Shown one piece after another: positions 1 to 13,625 of a stretch of DNA of 64,000 nt. Made by a program: the position numbers and the translations under genes. How positions within the stretch are numbered: position 1 is the stretch's first letter; each line of letters opens with the position of its first letter. This stretch comes from Eledone cirrhosa (Eukaryota). Under the pieces are notes generated by a model. The model did not search any database and had not been told where the DNA came from. It saw nothing but the letters and a program-made list of their open reading frames with translations. The stretch spans positions 233,616,001 to 233,680,000 of the forward strand of contig OZ024740.1 of the NCBI GenBank assembly GCA_964016885.1. Reading direction: 5' to 3'.

Positions 1-99
1 TCTCATACATGGATATAAAGTAGTGGCCGTACTCGAAAACGAGTTGGCAGCCACCATATGTATATATATGTATATGCAAGTATACATATGTATATATAT

Positions 100-439
100 T
101 TGCGCGGGGACATAGAAATAACCGCGTTGGATACCCGATCTCGCGGTTAAACCACTAAGAGTGAAGGACCCCTAGCCTTTGTCAGGACATTTTTCTAGGA
201 GAAGGCAACTCAGGAAACTGGGATAACTCCGACATAAAACCTGCGGCTCGGTAGTTACCGATGATGTTGATCTTTTATTCTTTTCGGGTTATAGCTACTG
301 TCGCTCAGAGAGTGGGATTGGCTCAGTGCACAGTCTTTCCTCACTTTAAGAAATATCTTCTCGCACAGGCATTGCACGATAGATATTAATAATGTTACAT
401 CGTGTAATGGCCATACTCGATAACGTGGGGGCAGCCAAC

Positions 440-440
<1 letters not shown>
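100..440 (+). mobile_element. Short non-autonomous retroelement, probably RTE-LINE-derived; related copies at 26196-26492 (+), 30102-30715 (-), 36146-36425 (-) and a fragment at 1-58
   Basis: Copies share CTAGGAGAAGG(C/A)AACTC, CCGATGATGTTGA, CTCAGAGAGTGGG and GCACAGGCATTGC, and end in GCAGCCA(A/C)CA followed by a TATG/TA microsatellite. The RTE link is inferred from resemblance to RTE 5' UTRs. Confidence 0.55.
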
Positions 441-472
<32 letters not shown>

Positions 473-510
473 TGTATGTATGTATGTATGTATGTATGTA
501 TGTATGTATG

Positions 511-753
511 TTCTTCTGGTTTTATAATTTCACAAAGTTTTACCAATAGAGAGAGAGTCGATTTCTAACATAGACACAAGACTCTCTCATTGGAATTTAC
601 ACATCATCAACTATGTAGATATGCATGTATGTCTGCATGCATGTGTAGATATGGATGTTATTGTATGTGTGGATGTGTATGTTTTGAGTTGTATGGGTGT
701 ATGTGTATATGCTTTGTATCTGTATATGTGTATATGCAGTTATTAGATGCAAA

Positions 754-755
<2 letters not shown>
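511..755 (-). mobile_element. 3' UTR fragment of the R4/Dong-like non-LTR element seen at 7963-8337, flanked on both sides by (TATG)n
   Basis: Reverse complement aligns to about 8095-8337 (AAATTCCAATGAGAGAGTCTTGTGTCTATGTTAGAAA...AAATTATAAAACCAGAA). Confidence 0.7.
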
Positions 756-784
<29 letters not shown>

Positions 785-1229
785 TGCACTTCATACGCTC
801 CATTGTAAAATGTTTTCCGAAAAATATCCGTCAAAATCGTTATAGTTTTAATGTAATGAAAATCATATTAAATATACCAATTAATTACTTTATTTAATCC
901 AAACATTTAATTACATTTTTGACATTCAACAAGCCGTTTAAAAATCTGCATTCTATTGAAACTGATAACAAATCTTTGTTTTAATCTGTTTCACGTTAGA
1001 AACATAGAAATAGCCCTCCAGTATGTATTGGCGTCTGATTAGTGCTATATTTAGACGCTGTTCCGTATAGATTGAGTTATGCTATGGCGGAAAAGTTCCG
1101 TTCATAGCCTTTATATTTTAATATATATTGAGTTATATATGTCTTGCTTAGTGATTTTGTTATATATTGAGTTAAACAGAGTGGCCCAAAAAATTTAAAC
1201 ACAAAGGCTGTGTGCATTATAATATATAT

Positions 1230-1410
1230 GGCGGTGGATTGGCAGTATCGGCAGAGGGTCGGACGCCATGCTTTAACGCATAGAGTTACCACCCTTGCCA
1301 TTCTGAGTTCAAGGTTAACTTTGCCTTTCATCCTTACGGGGGTCGATAAAATAAAGTACCAGTAATGCACTGGGGTAATTGCTGGCCTTGTGCCTAAAAG
1401 TAGAAACAAT
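1230..1410 (+). mobile_element. tRNA-derived SINE family 1 (short form) with TSD ATTATAATATATAT
   Basis: A-box-like TGGCAGTATCGG and B-box-like GAGTTCAA; conserved body TTTGCCTTTCATCCTTACGGGGTCGATAAAATAAAGTACCAG; 3' end GGCCTTGTGCC..AAGTAGAAACAATT; direct repeat at 1216-1229 and 1409-1422. Confidence 0.9.
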
Positions 1411-1484
1411 TATAATATATATTGCCTGTACAGGTAGACAAAGAGTGTATACATTTGGCGGATGGGGCGGGGGGGGGGGCACTG

Positions 1485-1770
1485 TATATGCGTTGCTTGG
1501 TGATTAGGATGTTCAGCAAAATATCATGAGATCGTGAATTCTATTTTCTGCCGACTGGGCGTGTTCTTGAGCAAGTAACTTATATCCTGTTGTTGCAGTC
1601 TAGTTAGCTGGGGGGGGGGGGGGGGGGGGATGACTTGCACCTGTAATTCCAAAGGCTGGGCGCATGATGCAGAATCTAAGCATCTCTTGCGCGTTGATTA
1701 CATTAACAGGCTATCCCGTTGATCAATCAACTGCAACACTCGTCGTCAAAACCAACGGCAATTCAACAAG
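1485..1770 (+). mobile_element. Degenerate tRNA/CORE-like SINE
   Basis: Decayed A/B boxes followed by GTTCTTGAGCAAGTAACTTAT, resembling GTCCTTGAGCAAGACACTTTAT of the SINE at 29648. Confidence 0.45.
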
Positions 1771-1771
1771 T

Positions 1772-2331
1772 TGTATGTATGTATGTATGTATGTATGTGT
1801 GTATGTATGTATGTGTGTGTGTGTGTGTGTGTGTGTATGTATGCGTGTATGTATGTATGTATGTGTGTGTGTGTATGTATGTACGTATGTATGTGTGTGT
1901 ATGTATGTATGTATATGTGTGTGTGTATGTACGTATATATGTGTGTGTATGTATGTATGTATGTATATGTGTGTGTATGTGTGTATGTATGTATGTATGT
2001 GTGTATGTATGTATGTATGTATGTATGTGTGTATGTATGTGTGTGTGTATGCATGTATGTATGTATGTATGTATGTATGTATGTATGTATGTATGTGTGT
2101 ATGTGTGTGTATGTGTGTATGTATGTATATGTGTGTGTATGTGTGTATGTATGTATGTATGTATGTATGTGGGTGTGTGTGTGTGTGTACGTATGTATGT
2201 GTGTGTGTATGTATGTATGTATGTATGTGTGTATGTATGTATGTGTGTGTATGTATGTATGTGTGTATGTATGTATGTGTGTGTGTATGTATGTATGTAT
2301 GTATGTGTATGTATGTGTGTATGTATGTGTG

Positions 2332-2365
<34 letters not shown>

Positions 2366-2541
2366 TGTGTGTATGTATGTATGTGTGTGTGTATGTGTGC
2401 ATGTACGTATGTATGTGTGTATGTATGTATGTATGTGTGTATGTATGTAGGTGTGTATGTATGTGTGTATGTATGTATGTATATATGTGTGTATGTATGT
2501 ATGTATGTATGTATGTATGTATGTATGTATGTATGCATGTA

Positions 2542-2580
<39 letters not shown>

Positions 2581-3030
2581 GTGTGTGTGTGTGTGTATGT
2601 ATGTACGTATGTATGTGTGTGTATGTATGTATCTATGTATATGTGTGTGTATATATGTATGTGTGTATGTATGTATGTATATATGTATGTATGTGTGTAT
2701 GTATGTATGTATGTACGTATGTATGTGTGTGTGTATGTATGTATGTATGCATGCATGTATGTATGTATGTGTGTATGTATGTATGAGTGTGTGTGTATGT
2801 AAGTATATATGTGTGTGTATGTAAGTATGTATGTATATATCTATGTGTGTGTATGTAAGTATTTATATATGTATATGTGTGTGTATGTGTGTATGAGTGT
2901 ATGAATGTACGTATTTTATGTATGCATGCATTGTATTCTATGTATGTATGTATGTATGTATGTAGGTATGTATGTATGTATGTATGTATGTATGTATGTA
3001 TGTATGTATGTATATAATTGTATGTATGTG
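1772..3030. repeat. Compound (TATG)n/(TG)n microsatellite
   Basis: Seen directly; accounts for the MYVC/HTYI pseudo-ORFs. Confidence 0.95.
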
Positions 3031-3537
3031 GCTGTGCGTGAGTGTATGCGTATGTGTGAGGTTTATGCGGGTGTATGGTGTGTATGTGCGCGTGTGTTTG
3101 TCTGTGTGTATGTGTTTATAACAGAATGTGATCGTTAAAAGCTAAAATATCACAGTCGACTAGCGAAATGTGTCGGTTGCTACGAACGCTGTTTGCTCTG
3201 TGCAACACTGTTACCTCTCATGCCAAAACAACCTGCAGAGAAGTATCTAGGTTCTATGTATGATAGGCTCTTCTTACCATTTGTTTATAGAGGGATATAT
3301 GTGTGTATGCGTGTGTGTGTGTATGTGTGTGTGTGTGTGTGTGTGTGTATGCGCGTGTGTGTATGTGCGTGTGTGTGTCACTGTGTGTATTTATAAGTGT
3401 ATGTGAATGTCTGTGTGTGTGTGTGTGTGTGTGTCTTTCTGTATGTATGTATGTATGTATGTATGTATATATACTTACACATTGAACGTCAGAGTCGAAC
3501 AGACAAGCTGAAAGTGTATAAGAGAGAGGGAGAGAGA

Positions 3538-3587
<50 letters not shown>

Positions 3588-3876
3588 GACAGAGAGAGAC
3601 AGAGAGAGAGAGAAAGACAGACAGAGGGGCACAGGGGAGTGATAGAAAATGCTGGAGAGGGGATGGGGAGAAAATTCAAGGAAACACAAGCTGTTATGGA
3701 AATAACAAGCAAACAGCAACAGTAATAACAACTACAAGAACAGTAACACATATATCAGCAAAGCGTTGTCAAGTTCTTCACTAGAAAATGGCACGTCCTT
3801 TATTCGAGTTCTATATACACATATATACAAGCACTCATACACACTTACACATTTATTCAATTTAAATAAATATACA

Positions 3877-3943
<67 letters not shown>

Positions 3944-3996
3944 TTATATATATTTATATAATATATATATATGCATGTATATCTATATTATATTAC

Positions 3997-4061
<65 letters not shown>

Positions 4062-4078
4062 ATATATATGTATGTATA

Positions 4079-4122
<44 letters not shown>

Positions 4123-4272
4123 ATATATATATAAAAATATATATATATATACAAATAAGTATGTTATATAGATGCACATACATATATTGGGATTTATGTA
4201 TATTAAATATATATGTGTGTATGTATAACTGTGTGGGTATACATGTGTGTGTATGTGTGTGTGTGTGTGTGT

Positions 4273-4311
<39 letters not shown>

Positions 4312-4610
4312 TGTGTGTGTGTGTGCGAAATTGTATATTTATTTATTATTGCCGTTTTTGACATTTGCACATTGGTTCTGGACTATATCCTTATTTCTGT
4401 CGCCTGTAACCACTCTGTAATAGATATGGTGAGTTTAGGGCAGGTTAGGGGTCCCAGCGTGTACGAAGATTAAGCGCACTCGAGAGACCTCCCCTAGGAA
4501 ACCTATGTTACACTACACAAGAATATAATGTCTCTCACCATCATTAGCACTACCTCAATCACTACAACCTTTATCACCAGCTATTGTCAACCGTAACCAC
4601 CACATACAAT

Positions 4611-4642
<32 letters not shown>

Positions 4643-6318
4643 AATCGTTGTCATAGTCGTCGCCGCCATCATCATCACCATCAACATCGTTATTACCATC
4701 ATCATCATCATCATCGTTGTCGTAGTCTTCGTTGATGTTGTTCTCATCATCATCATCATCAGCAGCAGCAGCAGTATCATCATACATGAACTCCCCCCCC
4801 CCCCACTATTACGGGCACTATTTATAAAATATATACTTCCTACCGCATAGTCTCCATCATTGACCACGCTCCTTGCCCTCCTTACCGCCACAAACATTCA
4901 ATATGTCTACCTCTACAATCACAATGCAATACAGCAGTTTCATCATCCATCACCATCACTATCAATAAAAAATCTAACTTTAACTAACCACGACCGTCAC
5001 CATGTATAACAAGAAAATAGTATCTGCAAAGAACCGTTACGAGCAACATCAATAACAACACCACCACTACTGCTAACAATACTTGCCTATAACACCATAC
5101 AAACCCCCTATCAACGATAGAAAAAAGGCAACACCCTTATCACTACCTCTACTACCAATGTCAAATAACCACGACTATCGACAACAGCATTCACTACCAC
5201 TGCAAATAACATTGACAAAGAGCAACTGCCATTACATATATCGTTACCATTAACCTCAGTGACACTTACATGTTATTTATTTATTTATTTGTATACCGAA
5301 ACTTTGAGACACTTAAAAGTATGTGACACTGACACGTACTTCAGTGGGTTGGGTTGGGCCCATTCTTCGGGTACTAAACTTGTTATAGATCATTGGGTTA
5401 ACCTCCCTCAGAAAAGGTGAAGCTCACGTATAAAGACAGGATCTCATATTCCTGAAGCTTAGAAGATCTTCTCTACTTAGCCGAAAAATACCTTGGTTGC
5501 GTGAACATTAACGAAAACCCATGGATAAAATAAATATTCGTATATAGTACGTGCTAGAAAACGGAAACAGGGTTGCTAAGGCCACAGGGAGGAAACTATG
5601 GAACTCAGTCTCGATTCTTAGGTGTGGTAGTGGAAAACTACATTTAAACTGTATAACAGCATAAGTGACGTGGTTCATACGTCTCACCACCTGCACCCAT
5701 TTCGTTTTAAATTCCATATTTAATTAGAATTGGTGTTACATTATTTTATATGAGATGCTTTATTTGATATCTCATGTTCGAATAATATCGAAATCAGATT
5801 TATCTTCAGTGAGCGTTATAAAACCTATAATTGTTTTGAATAATCTTATCAATCACCGTTGTTTGTTTCTTCCGTAAAATAAAATTCTTCTAGTCACTGA
5901 TAACGCTATAACCGTATGGGCCTGAATACGATTGATATTAAATACGAACAGTCGAACGCTAATATATCAGGGTGAAGTTCCAGCGAGAATTGTTCTAGAG
6001 AAGTTAAAGAAAAAAAGGGAAAAGAACGAAGACTAATGACCGGATCAAAATTTTTACGATAAAAAAAAGTAGAGATAGGTAATACAATCGGTTCTAAGTT
6101 ATTAAAAAATATTATACAGAGTGAAATATCTAACGGAGCTAAACACTAGGTTTGGACCACTGAGCGAAGGCCCACGTGAGTTGAAAAGAAGTAGACCCAA
6201 AGCATCAGAACTAAATTATTCTTCTGATATGTTAGCGATAAGAATTTTATAGCTTATTAAGATATTCTAATGATCGACTTGAAAGCGTTTATATATTATA
6301 TACATCTCTCACTCACCC

Positions 6319-6370
<52 letters not shown>

Positions 6371-6470
6371 TTTTTCATATATATATATATTTTTTTTTTC
6401 CTATATATATATATATACATTTTTTCATATATATATATATTTAATTATATATAAAACAACACAATATAAT

Positions 6471-6544
6471 TATTCCATTACACAAGGTTTCATGAAGTTA
6501 GACGATTCTAACAGAAACGTCTATTTCGTTCATCAGATGAAATA
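6471..6544 (-). ncRNA. Type I hammerhead ribozyme candidate inside a (TA)n-flanked inverted-repeat mini-element (about 6440-6690)
   Basis: Minus strand reads UAUUUCAU-CUGAUGA-[long stem II with GAA/UUC, UAGACG/CGUCUA, UUCU/AGAA]-GAAAC-CUUGU-GUA-AUGGAAUA. Stem I is 8 bp, the core is intact and the cleavage triplet is GUA. Confidence 0.75.
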
Positions 6545-6691
6545 TTTATACTCATGGATAAATATCCATAACATACCATTACCCCTTGGGTAATGGAATA
6601 ATGATATTGTGTTGTTTATTATATAATTAAATAGCTCTGTACTATACATAGAGCACTCATCTTCCCTTTACCTTTTCTACGGAAATACATA

Positions 6692-6747
<56 letters not shown>

Positions 6748-7017
6748 GCAAAAGTTCTATTTAAAATTGTTGGGATACAACAAGTAAATATTTTATAACT
6801 GATATAAAGCACTCGACAAGTTTTTGGAGTAGACTATCCAGACAGCTTCCAAAAATAATGGTTGCATCTAATAGGGTACGTCAAAATTATTTATAAAACT
6901 GTTTATATATTGTATTTTGTCTGATGAAGGCATACCATATTTTAATTTGATATCCCTGAAATATGTATCATGAAATAAATATGGTTTTATAAATATAGTT
7001 TCCATTTATTTAATATC

Positions 7018-7018
<1 letters not shown>
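6748..7018 (+). mobile_element. (TA)n-embedded mini-element family B with hammerhead core at 6913-6977
   Basis: TATTTTGT-CTGATGA-AGG..CCT-GAAATATGTATC-ATGAAATA; homologous to the arms at 20407-20757, 46429-46778 and 17218-17402; (TA)n on both sides. Confidence 0.7.
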
Positions 7019-7072
<54 letters not shown>

Positions 7073-7115
7073 GGAATACTGTTGGCTTTTCGCTACAATG
7101 TTTTCTATACCTTTC

Positions 7116-7175
<60 letters not shown>

Positions 7176-7507
7176 AACAAGAAAAACAAGGCAGCAAGGA
7201 AGAAAATACAATACTATACTGGTATGTAAGTGTAAAATTTGATAGGGTTGCAAAATAGTCCTAACATTTTGAACGCTCGAAATAGATAGAAAAGAGGATC
7301 TCTGAGAGAGAGTATACAAGTAAAAAAAAAAAAAAAACTGAAAGGGGTAGATAGAAAAGTAAATCGACTTGTTGTTATTCAACCATCTTTAAACATACAG
7401 ACTCACCCTATCCTACACACACGCACTCACAAATACACGCACACGCATGTACCTACTTACATACAACATACATACATAGATATATAGATATATATCTGTG
7501 TATGTGT

Positions 7508-7576
<69 letters not shown>

Positions 7577-7962
7577 TGTGTGTGTGTGTCTGTGTGTGTG
7601 TCTGTGTGTGTGTCTGTGTGTGTCTGTGTGTGTCTGTGTATGTTTGTGTATGTGTGTGTGTGTATGTGTGTGTGTGTATGTGTGTGAATCTATATATATA
7701 TAAGGGGAGGTGAGAGAATGTATATGCCGAAAGAATTGTGCGTCGGAAATACTATGGAAAAACGTGCGCAAGAGAACAATTTACCATTTATTCATATCCA
7801 TACACGTAACATATATTGCGCTACCTTAGGTCTCAATGCTTAGGTACGACCTCCATTGCAAACTGTATGCGTGGGTGCAGAATGTGCGCAGTTAAAAGTT
7901 TGAACGAGAATACGTTGTAAAGTCGTGTTTGTCGTGACGTGAAAACGTACGTACATACATAC

Positions 7963-8337
7963 AGTGGGGCACTGGGATATGTTAGTAACTGCCTCAATAC
8001 AAATCTTGAGAAGCTGGGCTTCACCACAAATAGTTAGGAAATTACAAGTACAATCCATTAAAGGAACAGTTAAAATATGTAAAACATTCCAGAAATTCTG
8101 CATCTACACTTGTACAGATACAAAGCATATGCATCTTCACATGCATACATACAACTCAAAACATACACATCCATACATTCAATAACATACATATCTGCAT
8201 ACACATGCATGCATGCAGATATGCATACATGTCTACCTAGTTGATGTTGCGTAAATTCCAATGAGAGAGTCTTGTGTCTATGTTAGAAACTGACTCTCTC
8301 TCTATTGGTAAACATTTGTGAAATTATAAAACCAGAA
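7963..8337 (+). mobile_element. 5'-truncated R4/Dong-like (restriction-like endonuclease) non-LTR retrotransposon 3' end in (CATA)n
   Basis: Translates GALGYVSNCLNTNLEKLGF, then after a frameshift IVRKLQVQSIKGTVKICKTFQKF, matching the GALG...LQ...GT..I C-terminus of RLE elements. Followed by a 3' UTR; CATA repeats on both sides. Confidence 0.7.
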
Positions 8338-8405
8338 CATACATACACACACACGCGCGCGCGCACACACACACACACACATACATACATACATACATAC
8401 ATACA

Positions 8406-8436
<31 letters not shown>

Positions 8437-8480
8437 GTATAAAGGTATATGGATCTCCAAGTATACATATACCTTTATAC

Positions 8481-8511
<31 letters not shown>

Positions 8512-8824
8512 TAAAGGTATATGTATACTTGGAGATGCATATACATCTATACATAATTCGCTTATTTGCATCTTTCAGGATATTCAAAAACCGAACAGAT
8601 GCAACAACGATCACTCAATAAGGATCCCTATTCTTTGGCGGTGAAAAAAGGTACGTGATATTTTTCGAGGCTCCAAGCTGCAGACATTGCAACTCTTAAG
8701 TAATGTATTTTCTAACCGCTTGCAATCCTGTTTGACCAATTCTATGCACACCGTTTATATTTACGTTTCCCGAATGGCCCTAATAGGAAACAGCTCTGTT
8801 GCTGAAGTTAATATCTGCGAATTT

Positions 8825-8955
8825 TTAGATTATAAGCTACACTTCACGAGTAAATTATTTTATTTCATTTATTACACACACACAAAAACACAAAGAAACA
8901 CACACACACGCACACACAAACACATACACACATATATATATATAGAGAGAGAGCG

Positions 8956-9028
<73 letters not shown>

Positions 9029-9173
9029 TCTTTGTGTTAGTGTATCTGCGAGTTTGAGATTATAAGCTACACTTCACGAGTAAATTATTTTATTTCATTT
9101 ATTACACACACACAAAACACAAAGAAACACACACACACACACGCACACACACGCACACACAAACACATACGCC

Positions 9174-9205
<32 letters not shown>

Positions 9206-9320
9206 TAGATAGAGAGATAGAGAGAGAGATGTATGTGTGTGTTTCTTTGTGTTAGTGTATCTGCGAGTTTGAGATTATAAGCTACACTTCGCGAGTAAAT
9301 TATTTTATTTTATCTATTGC
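8825..9320 (+). repeat. Local tandem triplication of an approximately 210-230 bp unit
   Basis: GATTATAAGCTACACTTC(A/G)CGAGTAAATTATTTTATTT recurs at about 8828, 9058 and 9273, separated by CA/GA/GT microsatellites. Confidence 0.85.
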
Positions 9321-10524
9321 ACATAGATAAACACACAAAATACACGGACATATGTGTTTGTATATGTTTGTATTTGCGTATGTTGTGTATGTGTGTGTGT
9401 GTAGCTGTGTTGGTATGTAATAGGTCCTTAACATATTTAAAGTAAAATATTCGAATGCCGCAATTATGGGCCTTTATCTTTGACTAAAAACCTATTGTCC
9501 GTAAATTCCATACGTTTGTCCGGAGGCTGTTCCATGTTCTTCCCTTTTCCTTTGATATCGAAGAGATGAACTTCTTGCCGTAATGGTTACTGTAGGGCTT
9601 CGATACATACGCAATATGGATTACAAGAGGACAGATGTGCGAGTCGGAAGTCTTTGAGATTACATAGATGTCAGTAATAAAATATTTATGGTTGTTAAGT
9701 TGTTATTTAGCAAACTTATGATGTTCCTTTTATTCAAACGCCATTACGAAATTTCCTTTTTAAAAAAGTAGAATGAGATTATACGGGAGATTTCGTTGCT
9801 ATTTCTAGAAAGAAGAGGTTGGTCCTGTAAATATAATGTTTAATATTGTCTTGTAATTGGAGGTTATTGATATAGGTTACTATAAATACATCAATGAACA
9901 CACGTCTTTGAGCCTGTGTGTGTGTGTGTGTTGACGTACAGCATACATGCATATATGCCTACATACATCTAGATTAATATATATACAAACACACCAAGAC
10001 ATATACATGGAGATAGATAGATAGGTTGATAGATAGATAGAGAGAGGGTGAGATAGCGTGAGAGAGAGAGAGAGAGAGAGGAACAGAAGATTATTAAGAG
10101 GGAGGAAGAGACGTGTGGAGGAATAAGAGCATTAAGGTTATACTAAGAACATGATCTGACATATGTAATGTTATTTGTCCCTTAACCCTTGCCTGACTCT
10201 CGATCGAAAGATTTTTTATATATTTCGTCATTGTCTTCGTAAACGGACAAATAAGTTAAACTAACTGGGAAAATAGCAGCTAAATTTCTCTGATTTCTGT
10301 ACTTGTTAAGGTGGTGAATATGTAGAGTTCTTAGAACGCTGGGCAGAAAGCTTGTGGTATACGTGTCAATTCTCTGCTCTCTGACTTTAATTCCCGTCGA
10401 GGTTAACTTTGACTTTCATCCATTCGAGGTCACCAGTCCTTTATATTTCTTTCTTCACTTCTCTCACTCATTTTCTGTCTTTTCTGGAAGAGATCCGTTA
10501 AAATGCCCAAGACATACTGTATAT

Positions 10525-10778
10525 CAGACATGGGCAACCTTTTTTCGAGAAGTGGGCCCATGATATGGCTCATCATCAGGCTAAGTGCTAATTTACATTC
10601 GTGCCCACATTAAAAAAAGGGTGGTAACTCAGGTTGTTTTAATTTGTTTCTTCAGAATTCGTACACGTTGTTTTCCTCGATCGTAAAAATGATAGAAAGA
10701 TAAATTAAGACTGAAAAGTTGGGGTGACTTAGGCGAGCCATTCAAAAAACTGCGCGGGCCGCAGGTTGCTCATAACTG
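10525..10778. mobile_element. hAT-superfamily MITE
   Basis: Imperfect TIRs CAGACATGGGCAACCT / AGGTTGCTCATAACTG; perfect 8-bp TSD CTGTATAT at 10517-10524 and 10779-10786. Confidence 0.85.
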
Positions 10779-11418
10779 CTGTATATCATCACTGCATACC
10801 TGCGACTCCATCCTGAGTTATGGGATGGCGTAGCGATATTGTTATTGTTGCTGCAGTGTAGCTCGAGGCAGTGTCTGATATAGCAGAACTATGATTGAAT
10901 GTACTCTAATCGCGAACATTCCATGCTTTCTTTTTGTATATCAGTGTCTAGGCCAGTTAAAGTATTCGTTATTTCAGTTAGGAGGGTGCGATTTCAAGAT
11001 TTCGCTGCCAAATCTAACATGTGGTGTGACCACGTAAAGTCTCTCTCGTATTTGTTGCCTGTGTGTGTATGTGTGTGCATGTATGTGCGTATTTATTTGT
11101 GTAATATTTTATCTATCTATCTATCTTACTCTTATTATTCCCTCCACTCGCACTCTCTCACTCTCACTTTCTCTCTCTTCCTCTCTCTCTCTCTTTATCT
11201 TTCTCTGTCTAACTATCTATCTTACTGTTATTTTTCCCTCCACTCACACTCTCTCACTCTCGTTCTCTCCCTTATACTGAGATACATACAGAACACATAC
11301 GTACACACGCACACACGCATACACATAAGCACACAGGCACACACGCATACACATAAGCACACACGCACATACGCAAAAGTACACTTTAAAAAATATTTTC
11401 TCAACTTGAATAACATAT

Positions 11419-11608
11419 AATTGTTTCTACTTTTGGCACAAGGCCAGCAAATACCCAGTACATTACTGGTACTTTATTTTATCGACCCCGTAAGGATGAA
11501 AGGCAAAGTTAACCTTGGCGGGATTTGAATTCAGAATGGCAAGGACCGTAACTCTATGCGTCAAAACATGGCGTCCGACCCTCTACCGATACTGACAATC
11601 CACCTCCT
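11419..11608 (-). mobile_element. SINE family 1 (short form) with about 20-bp TSD CAACTTGAATAACATATAAT
   Basis: Reverse complement of the family consensus; direct repeat at 11402-11421 and 11611-11630. Confidence 0.9.
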
Positions 11609-11974
11609 TACAACTTGAATAACATATAATGTAGATTCATACCCCTTCCTTTACGACCCTCCTATCTCTTTGGGAGGATGTTAAGGGTTAAAAGTGTCGT
11701 CCCATCCTCTCTAATTATAAAACGATAACCACAAACACGCATACACATACACATACATACACACGCACGGACACACACATCCAAATATACACTCTCACAC
11801 ACATTCGTAGTCTCAGACATACATTATTCCCCCTCACTTATGCATACTCACACTCAAGCTAATTATTGTAAAGTCAGCCATATATACATTGTATTGTCAG
11901 TTCTCTTGTTGTTGATCTTGTTTCTACTGTTGCTGTTACTACTACTGCTATTGCTGCTTTAATTTTTTAAGACC

Positions 11975-13050
11975 ACCGGCAATAGCACCACTACCACCAA
12001 CAATAACACCACTACCACCACCAATAACACCACTACCACCAATAACACCACTACTACCACCAATGACACCACTACCACCAATAACACCACTACCACCACC
12101 AATGACACCACTACCACCAATAACACCACTACCACCAATAACACTACCACCACCAATAACACCACTACTACCACCAATGACACCACTACCACCAATAACA
12201 CCACTACCACCACCAATAACACCACTACTACCACCAATAACACCACTACTACCACCAATAACACCACTACCATTACCAATAACACAACTACCACCACCAA
12301 TAACACCACTACCACCAATAACACCACTACCACCACCAATAACACCACTACCACCACCAATAACACCACTACTACCACCAATAACACCACTACTACCACC
12401 AATAACACCACTACTACCACCAATAACACCACTACCACCACCAATAACACCACTACTACCACCAATAACACCACTACCACCAATAACACCACTACAACCA
12501 CCAATAACACCACTACCACCACCAATAACACCACTACCACCACCAATAACACCACTACTACCACCAATAACACCACTACTACCACCAATAACACCACTAC
12601 CACCAACAATAACACGACTTCTACCACCAATAACACCACTACTACCATCAATAACACCACTACCACCAACACTAACACCACTACTACCACCAATAACACC
12701 ACTACTACCACCAATAACACCACTACCACCAACACTAACACAACTACCACTACCAATAACACCACTACCACCACCAATAACACCACTACCACCACCAATA
12801 ACACCACTACCACCACCAATAACACCACTACCACCACCAATAACAGCACTACCACCACCAATAACACCACCACCACCACCAATAACACTCCTACCACCAC
12901 CCAATTGCATCAGTAAAACCACCACGAATGACACAACTACCACCACCAATGACACCACTACCACCACCAATGACACCACTACCACCACCAATGACACCAC
13001 TACCACCACCAATGACACCACTACCACCACCAATGACACCACTACCACCA
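11975..13050. repeat. 18/21-bp minisatellite (CCAATAACACCACTACCACCA) derived from ACC/ACT triplets
   Basis: Roughly 50 tandem units; gives PPITPL, GGSGVI and poly-V reading frames. Confidence 0.9.
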
Positions 13051-13454
13051 ACTATTGCATCAGTAAACCACCTTGTATTAAAACCAAACCTACCACCCGG
13101 TATGCGCAGCTGTCTTCTCATTGAATTAATTGACTTCTAAACACACCTTATTCCTGCTATTTAAATAATAGACACGTCTCCACTCGTTATTGAGAATCGA
13201 AACTATTTGAAGCATAACATTGACGAATAGACGTGTACGTTTATTTGATCTAGTGTTTTATTTATTTGCTTCGTTGTGGTTGTTTTTATGTCCTTTTTAC
13301 TGCTTTGGTTTGTTTAATCATCATGATAAAGGTTATCTTTATGCAATATATATTCCTCACCATTCTGAAAACCTCATCAATCCAGAACCTCACAAACACA
13401 AAACAACAATCACAACAAGGACGAGGAATTTAGAGGAGTGGAGAGGGAGGGGGC

Positions 13455-13625
13455 TTGTGTGGTTGATCGACATGCTAGGAATAATAGCCAAATCTCCATC
13501 AAACCAAACCCACCCTGTTAAATAAAGAAGACTATGAAGTCCTAGATATTTAGAAAAGTATTAACCTCAGATGGAACAAGTTTCGTCATGGATTAGGACT
13601 GACCTGGGTCAAACCAAATCTCAAC
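13455..13625 (+). repeat. Old dispersed repeat (motif CTAGAAATAGCAGCCAAATCTCC); decayed copies near 9790, 10265, 13950, 21670, 34200, 38020, 45165, 45375 and 53730
   Basis: Degenerate motif recurs in both orientations; class unknown. Confidence 0.5.

Noticed and set aside
1664-2824. Long ORFs (up to 386 aa) of MYVC/HTYI
   Set aside because: Translations of TATG/TG microsatellite, open in several frames only because the repeat lacks stop codons.
11948-13124. Gly-rich (GGSGVI)n or Pro-rich (PPITPL)n structural protein
   Set aside because: Triplet-derived minisatellite open in several frames; no signal peptide, no clear splice context, and a frame break near 12900.
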